Shown: positions 12,552-22,229 of the stretch, piece after piece
Layout: the number at the start of each line of letters is the position of its first letter
Position numbering within the stretch: position 1 is the first letter of the stretch
Assembly (NCBI GenBank): GCA_043228905.1
Contig: JBHGNT010000015.1
Span: 10,540,001-10,604,000, forward strand
DNA from: Azolla caroliniana
Lineage: Eukaryota > Plantae > Polypodiophyta
DNA: 64,000 nt
Direction of reading: 5' to 3'
The notes under the pieces: model-generated
What the model was told of the DNA's origin: nothing
What the model saw: the letters and a program-made list of their open reading frames with translations, nothing else
The model's database searches: none
Program-made: the position numbers and the translations under genes

Positions 12552-14050
12552 CCTCTACCCCTCCCTTTACTTAATTACAACCCTACCCCTACCCCTACCC
12601 CTACCTAGCTCACACCAAGTGTATCAAATGATTTGGTTGCGCTCAAATCGTTCTTGGTGATCTTTTCACTTCACCCCCACTTTGTCAATTTACCCCCGCT
12701 ACCCCCCCCCCCCCCCTTACCTTCCTAAATTACTTTTCCTAAATTACCCTCCTACCCTTCCCCTTAATTTTTTCAAAATTACCTTTCTACTCCACTCCTC
12801 CCACTTTTTCCTATTACCACCCTACCCCTCCCCTAAACCCCCCCCTCATTTCTTAAAAACTAAACACCTTACCCCCACCTCTCCTCTCTCTAAATCTTTT
12901 CCCTTTTATTTCTCTCTCACACTTAAGCTATCACTTCTCCCTCTCTTAGTTTTTCCTTCTCTCTCAAAATCTTTTCCTATCCTATTTTATCCCCCTTTCT
13001 ATTTTTGTTTTTCTACCCTCACCCATGTTTTACTTTTTCTTACCCTACCCCTCCCCATCCTCTTCCTAAATCAATAGCCTTCATCTTTATCTTTTCCTCT
13101 TTCCCCACATTTGTCTCTCTCCCTTACCTCTCTCCTCCTTCCTTTCTCTCTCTTACTTTGTCTAGTTTACACACGCATCTCTCTCCTCTCTCGCTAGTTC
13201 CCACCCTTGATCTTCGTAGATCTACTGACTCCCCTTATGTCTCTACTCATTCCCCCCCCCCCCCCCCCCTCTCTCTCTCTCTCTCCTCTTTCCTTCCCTT
13301 CTTATCATCTCACATATTTTCCTTATTTCCCCCTCTCTCTTGAGTCTTAACTGGCCTTTTAATATTTCCCCTCTTATTACATTTCATTATCCTAACTCTC
13401 CCTTTTCTTCCTCTCTCTTGAGTCTTAACTGCCCTTTTAATATTTCCCCTCTTATTACATTTCATATCCTAACTCTCCCTTTTCTTCTTATCCCTCTTTT
13501 ACATTATAACCTCTTTTTACTTATACCCAAACCCCCCCCTTGTCACATTAAAACCCATAATCTCCTTTTTCTTCTTCTCCAAATCTTCCCCTTTTCAAAT
13601 CATATCCATAAGAACACACCCCCACTCCATATTGTCTTTTCTCTAAAGCCTCTCCTAAAACTCCTTATATAAACCTATCCACCCTTAATGGTCATTTTCG
13701 CACTAATGAGCCCCGTAGGGGGCGAAACTACTTTGCTCATGATCATATCCCCATATAATTTCTTTTCCAATCTTAATGATAATTAGTAATAGCTTTGCTC
13801 TTAATCACTCTCTCTCTCTCTTAACATGTTAGTAACATTTGTTTTAGTCTTTTTAAGTAATACTTAATGAGTAGCCCTCTCTCCCTTTCTCACTATATTT
13901 TTAGATTTTTTAGTTATATTTAAGTTTTTAATCACTATAGTAATTTAAGTTATCAAGGTTTAATCTCTCTCTATCTCGTGCTCTCTAAGCCATGCACCAA
14001 AGACACACCATTCGCACTCCTTGTCAACGATTGTATGATCAACATAACTC
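12350..14050 (+). repeat. Pyrimidine-rich low-complexity insert with poly-C runs, (CT)n and internal duplications; candidate non-autonomous Penelope-like element
   Basis: Very G-poor + strand, C runs at ~12702-12716 and ~13252-13269, duplicated blocks at 12405-12548 and 13332-13482, and a hammerhead-like motif inside. Confidence 0.5.
13690..13744 (+). ncRNA. Degenerate type I hammerhead ribozyme motif
   Basis: GGTCAT-TTTC-GCA | CTAATGA | G-CCCC-GTAG-GGGG-C | GAAA | CTAC-TT | TGC-TC-ATGATC. Core boxes CUGAUGA (one G>A) and GAAA, a perfect stem II, and a bipartite stem I are present. Stem III and the cleavage triplet are mutated. Confidence 0.6.
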
Positions 14051-14051
14051 A

Positions 14052-14382
14052 TAAAGTCATAGCTTAAATTATCTAGGATAACTTATACCCTATAACATTA
14101 AGGTTGTCGAGCCAAGGCTTGAACAATGGGTTTTGTTGTTATGGCCATTATAAATTTCTTCATAAGTTAAGTTAGAGATGATGCACACTAATTGGTCACT
14201 TGTGAGAATTTCTTTACATCTTTGATATTTTCACAATTCCACAATCCAAAGTATGAAGATAATCACATCACTCTCATCTTTGTAAGCAAACCAAGTTTTT
14301 GGAATACCCACAATCTAATCTCTAGCAAATCAGAACTATGATGTTGAATGTGGTGCTTTGTAGATTGACATCATGAGCAATT
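14052..14382. repeat. Direct repeat copy 2 (331 bp)
   Basis: Matches 11443-11772. Confidence 0.95.
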
Positions 14383-14494
14383 GATTTGATGTTTTGTGCA
14401 TTCAAATTAATTTCATAATTTTTCTTGGGTGTGCATTACTTTGGTTATAAAGAATTTACTTACTTCATTTGAATGGCCAAATGTTTTAGAACAC

Positions 14495-14688
14495 AGAGAA
14501 AGACAGCAAAGGTAGCCTAGATTGGGATCATGATTCACCCCATTGGTGGTTTAATATAACTTTCATGAAGCATTCAATTCAAATATGGGAAAGAGAAAGA
14601 CAGCAAAGGTAGCCTAGATTGGGATCATGATTCACCCCATTGGTGGTTTAATATAACTTTCATGAAGCATTCAATTCAAATATGGGAA
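14495..14688. repeat. Tandem duplication, 97-bp unit x2
   Basis: AGAGAAAGACAGCAAAGGTAGCC...AAATATGGGAA starts at 14495 and again at 14592. Confidence 0.9.
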
Positions 14689-15902
14689 CCTTCAAATGAA
14701 TTTCAAACATGATGTATTTTTAATAAATATTAATATCATTGTTATGCCTTAATGATTCAATTGGTCAAATACTATGCCACAAAAAGACTTGGTCGGTCAT
14801 CATGAGAAATCATTGTCATTCTATGAGCCCAAGATTCAATTCACAAGATCAACAAATATATAAAACACATAATGCAACAGTTTGGGAACTTGGAAGTGTT
14901 TATATTGGATTGAATATAAGCATAACATCGTTGCAGTTGATAGATATTGGAGGAAAACGTCTAAAGAGTCAAATCAGTTATGAATCCAATATTTGATCTG
15001 AGACGCTTTTTGGAGCTACGAAAGTACCAGCATTCCATGAGAGCAAAGTTACCCGCATGTCAAGGATAATGAGACTCTCTGTCATTTATTTGTTTTATTT
15101 TAAAAAACAGATTATTCATAAGTTACGAACATGGTAATATTTGGTTCTCAAAAGCAAGTTGTGGATCTTTAGGCGAATGGTTTGCAATGATGAGTAAGTA
15201 AACGACGAAGAAATGTAGAATGCAGTGAGTTGTTGTTTTCGTGCTCTCGAACAGAAAAAGGAGAGGATGAAGGATCGATTGGCTAGGTTACACACTCTTT
15301 CCCTGAAATTCCAATCGGGAGCCGGCAAAGACGAAGGATTTGGTATGTATAGCCGAATGTGTATGTGTGTGTGTGTGTAGGTAAAGTAGGATGGGGGTGG
15401 TAAAGCAGTTGATGTGGGTGGTTGGGAGATCCTGCCATCAAAATAAGAGCGTGTTCCAAAAAAAGAACGTGTTCAAAAGAACAAGTCAGACCCATCCATC
15501 CCATCATGTATGTAGAAGTTGTACATACATATATATATATATATAGATAGATAGATAGATAGATAGAGAGTTTATGTATGTATGCATGCTTTTTTTCTCA
15601 ATCATCATCATCATTGTCGTCATCGTGAGTGAATGAGTCGTCGTCATTCATTCGATCGTAAAGAGGAGGAGGACTCAGGAGGATGAGGAAAAGGAAAGGG
15701 AAGGGAAGGGACTTTCTTAGTGTCTTACCTTTGGCCGCGTGGGAACATAACATACATACATACATACATACGCACGCTGCAACCAAAATCTCACTCACTC
15801 ACTCACTCACTCAATATGTTTATATGTATGTATGTATGTATCCAATAATCCAAACCTCTAAAAACGAAAGGAAGAAAAAGAGAGAGAAATAAAAAGGCCA
15901 TC

Positions 15903-16069
15903 GATGACGTGGCGGCCCTCGCCCGCTGCTACCACGCACGCTTCGAGTGCCTGCGGGCGCTGGCGCGTGCCCTGCCCCTTCTCCCGCCCCTCCTGACCAA
16001 TCGCGCCTCCCCACGTCAGCCAGAAACTGGCCACATCAGCAGTCCCTGCTGGAAAAGCACAGCCACGTC
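15903..16069 (+). promoter_or_regulatory. GC-rich proximal promoter with ERSE-I (CCAAT-N9-CCACG, 15997-16015) and UPRE/ACGT-core bZIP sites
   Basis: GATGACGTGGC 15903-15913; CCAAT-CGCGCCTCC-CCACG; CCACGTCA 16011-16018; GCCACGTC 16062-16069. Located 500-670 bp upstream of the ATG at 16572 and followed by an AT-rich tract and a CT-rich leader. Confidence 0.6.
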
Positions 16070-16571
16070 GGCATCCCCCCCCCCCCTTCTTGTAAAATAA
16101 ATAAATAAATATAACGCACCCAGAAAAACCACCCCCGCCCCCCCCCTCCCTTCCTTCCTCTCTGCGTCTCCATAACTTCAATCCTTCTGCACGTTTTCTC
16201 TCTGATCCTCCATCTCCATCTCCATCTCTCTGTTCTCTCTCTGCCTCTGCCTCTGCCTCTGCCTCTGTCTGTGTATACCCCACCTCGCTTCCCTTCAGTC
16301 GCAGCAGAGGGGTGGATTGACCTTCCCCCACCTCCTCCTGCTCACGCAGTCAAAAGGGAAATTTACTCTTCCATCCGTCGAATCACACACACACACACAC
16401 ACAGAGTTAATTATTCTGCTTCCATTCATCGATTCCGAAGGTCTCCAAAATTTCTTGCTCGTTCGTTGGGTTCCCTCCTCATCGGAATAACCCCGAGTCA
16501 GGGTTTGCTGAGAGTGCTTTCCTTCTCCTCATCTCTGTTATATCAAACTCGTCGAAATATAATACCAAATC

Positions 16572-17834
16572 ATGTCAGAATCTCTTCTCCATCAATATGG
16601 ATCTTCCACGATGGGGATGTCTTCTGTTTCTTGTCATTACCACATCAAACCTCGTCAGTCTTCTCCTTGCTCGTTCTGCTTCATTCCGAATTCTTCAAAA
16701 GGTAGTAACTGTCTGACGTCTCTAATTCTTTTTTCTTTTCTTTTTTGTATTTTTAATACATTCATGCTTCTCCAAATCGTTGATTGCGAACACGATGGCA
16801 TAGTTATTTTTCATTGTTATATTCTATCTTCATTATGGCTTATCCCCTTTGGTTTCGGTATCTGCTCAGGATTGAAAAACTGTATAGCTTTGCACACTAC
16901 TCCCAATGTTTCTCCTGGACGAACTAATGCACTGGCCACTGTGCGTCAGATGACCTCCTGGAAGTCTGGCTATGCCCAAAGCGATGCTTTGGCTATGTTC
17001 AAAAAGTATGAGAATGACGCAAAGAATGTTAACATCCAAGATGCCAGGTCTCCTGATCGATGGATGGAAGAATTTGCATGCGATGTAAGCTTTTGTTTTC
17101 CCTCGTCTTTACTAACACACACACACACACACACAATCATATAGTAATAGTGCCCTGCAGTAGCGTTAGTTTCAAGCTCTGTATTTACTGTTTGTACATA
17201 GTCCTAGCTAGTTAAATTATGATCGTCAGAAACGTATTGCGGTCTCCTAGCCATCTCCTTCATGGTCATTAAATGTCTCTTTCTCTTTTTTCCGCAGATC
17301 GTGAGGAACATAAATGAAGCTCCGTTCTTGCACATGCTATTTGATTCGGACGGCAACAAGACAACGGAGTTATCTCAGAGACATAGAGTGAGTCCTTCTG
17401 CTGAGGATGATCTTACCAGTGCAGACGAGAAATGGAAAGGTATGAAAGATTGTGTGAGCAAAGCTGCACCTGATGGAATGATTCTGGTTCATCATCTGGA
17501 TGATGAATCTATTTTGGATCGCGGCTTCTATCTTGGATCATCAATATTGGATAAGACAAAGGTTAAAACAAATTCTGATGATACGGAAACGAAACAAAGA
17601 TACGAAAGTATTGGTAATAGTAGTGGTAAAACAGATTTTTGGGGGATTTTAGTTCTTGGAAAAACCATAACGAGAAGTGCATGCTATATACTGAAGACAA
17701 CCTCGGTAGCATCATCTTTTGGCACCATTACGGGATTCTGCTTGACCAAAGCTAAGTGTTTTGGGCCTTCTTGGCATGATCAGATGCAAAACAGTTGGTT
17801 GTTAGATGCTGAAAAACGCCAGGATGATAGGTAG
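16572..17834 (+). CDS. Plant-specific protein of unknown function (~293 aa, 3 exons; resembles the DUF7804-type family from memory)
   Basis: Exons 16572-16701, 16870-17084 and 17298-17834 with GT-AG introns that keep frame (882 nt in total). Conserved-looking motifs WMEE..DIVRNINEAPFL, PDGMILV, WGILVLG, CYILKT, FCLTKAKCFG..Q.QNSWL. Ser-rich N-terminus may be a transit peptide. Confidence 0.8.
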
Positions 17835-18101
17835 GTACGGTGACATGACATCTCGGCAATGGTTGCATGACATCTCGGCAATGATTATTTGATGAACTGG
17901 CAAATGATTATATTTTGAATTTGGGACAACCAAATGATCAATTGGCTATGACTATATGCTGAATTGGCAAAGGTGATATCATATGATTCGGCATTGATGT
18001 CGTTGATGGATGAAAAACATCATGGGATGTTGTTTATCACGTGATTTGTATTTTTTTGGAAGTCCCTCCAAGGTATACATATGGGGGGTCTTATAGAGAA
18101 A

Positions 18102-18322
18102 CAAAATCCATACAGAAGTGAAATCTTACATGTAATATGATTCTGGTTTAATGTAAATACAAACAATTGCTGTCCATATTGATAAAGTGGAAGGTATTGC
18201 TTTGCTCAAACCAAAATCCATACAGAAGTGAAATCTTACACGTATATGATTCTGGTTTAATGTAAATAGAAACAATTGCTCTCCATATTTATAAGTGGAA
18301 AGTATTGCTTTGCCCAAACCAA
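18102..18322. repeat. Tandem duplication, ~110-bp unit x2 (diverged)
   Basis: CAAAATCCATACAGAAGTGAAATCTTACA starts at 18102 and again at 18212. Confidence 0.85.
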
Positions 18323-18731
18323 CCACAATCTTCTTTATTCTTATATGCATGAAAGTACGCTGAATATGTAAACTATGACAGTTTATCGTAGTGCCAACCA
18401 TTCTAGTGGATGATTAGTGGGACTAGTAACACGCAAGAATCTAATTTATCCAAGTATTCCCTGATATTCTAAATCTATTCTGAAGCGTGGTTTTTGCCCC
18501 CCTCTCATTGACAAGGGTAGGACATGTGGGTGTGTTGTAGCTTCATTACGGATTTTTGAAATTTGGCAAATACTTTCTCAAGAGTTTTGTGTTCCGTGAC
18601 GCAATTTATTCATAGATTAAGTGTCATAGGTCAATGGCAGTTCCATGAGCTCAATTGATCATCAGAGTTCCACAGCCTATTAACATTTGTCAAATGAAAG
18701 CAATCTGTTGTACATATATTCAATTACCAAA

Positions 18732-19376
18732 TTCAGTTATGAGTAGGAAAAGATGAAGGGCGAGGGAAAGGTTGAAAAGGTGTCTTTGTGTTTGGCGTGT
18801 CTCCATTTTTTCAGTACATATATGAAGGCCAATAAAGTCATAAGTGGGATAGTTCTTTCTCAGTTAACCTTAGCACTATATGAAGGCAAAGGTCTTCCTT
18901 TCTTATGTAACTTCAATATAGGATATACAATCTTTGGATAGTCTTCTAGATGTGATCTTGTCCATCCCGTACTATCAAGAAGTCCTCTTAAGTTCTCAAG
19001 GGTTCTTGGGAATTTGCCATTTATCACTAATTTGGCTATAGCAAGATCAAGATTTACACCTTGTGATTAGGTTATCATTCACAAAATCCTAAAGAGGTAA
19101 TTGTTGATTTGCATCAGTTTTTCCTGGAAAATGTGCTATGGGCTTCTCATCTCCACACGAAGGAATTTCTTTGTAGAGAGTGATTAAGCTTGAGTTTTGG
19201 CAAGCAACAATGCAATTTGTTCCCCATCACTATATAAGAAGACAAGGATATGAATACCTTTGCGCTAATCACTTGCAATAATTCTCTTTTCTAACCTCCA
19301 TCTCTTGATCCTAGGTTCAGTGCCAAACCTTTTCAACCTTCCCCTCGCCCTTCACCTCTATCTCTTACACACTGAA
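18732..19376. mobile_element. Putative non-autonomous TIR DNA transposon (MITE- or MULE-like)
   Basis: GAAGGGCGAGGGAAAGGTTGAAAAGG (18755-18780) matches the reverse complement of CCTTTTCAACCTTCCCCTCGCCCTTC (19328-19353) with 1 mismatch. Weaker similarity extends outward. No TSD found. Confidence 0.5.
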
Positions 19377-19937
19377 CACAAAGAGGCGGGGTGGACTTCA
19401 CGTTTTGTGAAATCCATGTAAGAATCCACTATAGTTCTCCCATTCCTTGGACAGTTGTAACATGAATTATATGTAGCCGCCCTCCCAAGGATGGGGTATG
19501 AATTCTTCCTTCAATTGTAAGTTGGGGCCTTTAACTTTGTCCTTGGGAATATTGACCCCTTCTAAGCCATTGATGTGATAATCGGCTTCCCATGTCTCCA
19601 CGTAGAAGCTGTATCTGACATTCGACGGAGAGGTAGCAATTTGAAAGTACTTGTCTGCAAATTCTTCCACATGTTCACCCTCACCTTGGCTACTACATGA
19701 GGGGAGAGAGAGAGAAGGCCACGCGATCCAGGTTCTCTTCTGTCTGTCTGACTCTGTCTCATATACAAATAGCATCTAGGTTCCTTTATATGTTGTTTCG
19801 TCAATCCATCAGCCATTCCTTTTTGGCCATGGCTGATTGTTCTATTTTTCCAAGGTCGTCATCCTCGGTGATGGAGGAACGGGTTAAAAAACTTTCGTCA
19901 AGATGCACTTGATACGAGATATGAGGCGATGATAGAG

Positions 19938-21480
19938 TGTTGGGGGACGAGGAAGTAGCGACCGAATTGCTGTTTTTCCTGCAGTAGACAACAGAGAACA
20001 AGAAAGACATAGAAAAACACAGAGCTCACGTAAAAACTTTTTTGGGCTGCAATTTACACCAAAAATCCTTTTCTCAATATGTTGACCTATATATATTATG
20101 TATACACCCTAACATTAGTGGGAACTACGGTGTTGGCCTTTCACATTATGTGTCAATCTCCCACTAAAGGCGAAAAGAATCGTGAAACTGATGGGAAGAT
20201 TGTATAAGACTTCAACCTCCCACCTAATAAACATGTTACACAATCTATATAAGACAAATTGTGTAATATGAAGATCTAAGCAATTCCCATAAAGTGACAA
20301 CAATGCTCTAGCGCATCATGCAGCAGAGCTTTGGTTAATGGATCTGCAACATTTTCTCAAGAAACAACCTTCTCAAGGTTGATGCAACATTTTCGTATGA
20401 AATGGTATCCCACTCTAATATGCTTGGTCTTTGCATGGTAGAGTGGGTTTTTAGCCAATGTAATGGCACTCTGACTATCGTGTCACAATACAATATGGGT
20501 ACAAGCTAAGGTATGCTCATGTCACAAGCTAGTCTAGAAAGCAATATAGCTTCCTTACATGCCTCACTAGCTACAAAATACTTTGTTTCTGTAGTAGACA
20601 GACTAGTACACTCTTGGAGACGTGATCTCCACAATATGGCACTTCCCATAAATTTAAAAATTTACCTCAAAGTAGACTTTCTGCCACCCAAACATAGATC
20701 TAGTGCCACTTAGATACCTTAGTATCATTTTACTAAGGTGCTCACAGCTCCAAGTGCAAATGCAACATCTGGTCCATCGCTACCATAGCGTACATGAGAC
20801 TACCAACAACAAACCGGTAAGGAATTATTCTCATAAACTCCTTTTCATCATCAGATTTGGGATATTCATTGTTGCTCAAGTTTACATGCATAGACAATAT
20901 TGTGCTCAAAGGTTTTGCACTTTCAATATTAAACCTCTTGAGTATTTTGGATACATACGTAGATTGAGACAAATACATTCATCCACTACTATCACGAGTA
21001 ATACACATGCCAAGGATGTATTTTGCATTTCCCAAATTTTTCATGCGGAAAGTTTGACTCAAAGTTTTCTTTAGCTTCGATAACTCACCCTTGTTTTTAT
21101 CTGCGATGAGCATCTCATCTACATAGAGTACCAAAATTACATATGAATCATCTAGACATTTCTTCATATATAGACACGAGTCTTCTTTGCACCTATTATA
21201 ATTTTGGGACCTCATAAAAGCATCGTATTTTTTATACCACTTTTGAGGAGATTGCTTAAGACCCCATATAAACTTTTGAGGAAGTAGCGGCCGAATAACA
21301 GTTTTTCCTGCAATAGACAAAAGGTAGAGAATAGAGAACAAGAAAGACGGAAAAAACATAGAAAGGTCATGTAGGATTTTTTTGGGGTTGCGCACACTAA
21401 AAACCCTTTCTCATATCTTCATTTATATGCATCCTAACATTAGTGGGAATTATGGATTTGACCTTTTACATTATGTATCA
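19938..21480 (-). mobile_element. Degenerate Copia RT/RNase H fragment with 3' LTR (19938-20155), PPT, and a second related LTR copy (21278-21480)
   Basis: GLKQSPQKWY, LVLYVDEMLI and VGSLMYAMV motifs. ATCTCCCACT (PPT) lies next to the LTR. Both LTR copies share GAGGAAGTAGCG...CCTAACATTAGTGGGAA. Confidence 0.8.
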
Positions 21481-22094
21481 ATTGAGGAGATAATGGGAGG
21501 GGCTGACTCGAGCAAACACCTTAGTTTCCAAGTTAGAGCTTACCAAATTGGCTCAATCTCGCGACGAAGAAATTCAATTCATTCCTGATGCCCCTTAGAG
21601 AGTAACTTTCTCTCAAGGCACATATGGACTGATGTTCTATTATATCCTTGTCGAAGCATTGGCCCTATGAATATGGCAAGACAAGTGATGTATTAGTGTT
21701 GGTTTCTTCCCGTGACAGCAAGTTACAAGAACTGGAAGAGGCCTATGAAAAAGAAGAGCTTTTCTTTGTATTCATCCTTGTGAGTGTTTGTAACTTATCT
21801 TGTATATGTACAATACATGTGGTCTTTGAAAAATAGGTTGAGGTAATCAATACTGGAAATAAATGAACAAGAACTCGTGTTAGTGGCCTGAAATAGTGAG
21901 AGAGGCCATGGGAAGATCCATATACACCCTCCTCTAAAAGCTCCCATAAGGAACACTTCTCCAAATCATAGTTTTTGGAGGTTTTGAATTTGGTCTATCA
22001 TTATATCAAAGTTTCTATGGACTTTTTTGTGTATTGGTGATTAGTAGTATATATTCAAGTGAACTGATTGATTTCGGTCTTGGATGTGTTTTAG

Positions 22095-22229
22095 TTAAAG
22101 TTGGCGATTATTCGTCCAAACACGGTACAAGGAGTGAATGGACTGACAAATGACCCCAAAGAGGTAGTGCATAATTATTTACAAAGTTGCTTCACCCTAG
22201 ACATTATTGTCGTGTTGCCTATGCCTCAA
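22095..22229 (+). pseudogene. Isolated exon homologous to a cyclic nucleotide-gated channel (CNGC), S2-S3 region
   Basis: LKLAIIRPNTVQGVNGLTNDPKEVVHNYLQSCFTLDIIVVLPMPQ matches the plant CNGC pattern FR.AY..P....G.G.LV.DP..IA..YL...F..D...VLPLPQ. It is 135 nt, bounded by TTTTAG and GT in phase 0. No other CNGC exon was recognised. Confidence 0.65.

Noticed and set aside
12228-13672. Several Leu/Ser/Pro/Phe-rich ORFs of 110-130 aa
   Set aside because: Artefacts of pyrimidine-rich low-complexity DNA that lacks stop codons.
19390-19930. Coding-looking minus-strand segment, including MADGLTK
   Set aside because: No family could be assigned and the frames are broken. Similarity to the Copia ADGLTK motif has no supporting context.
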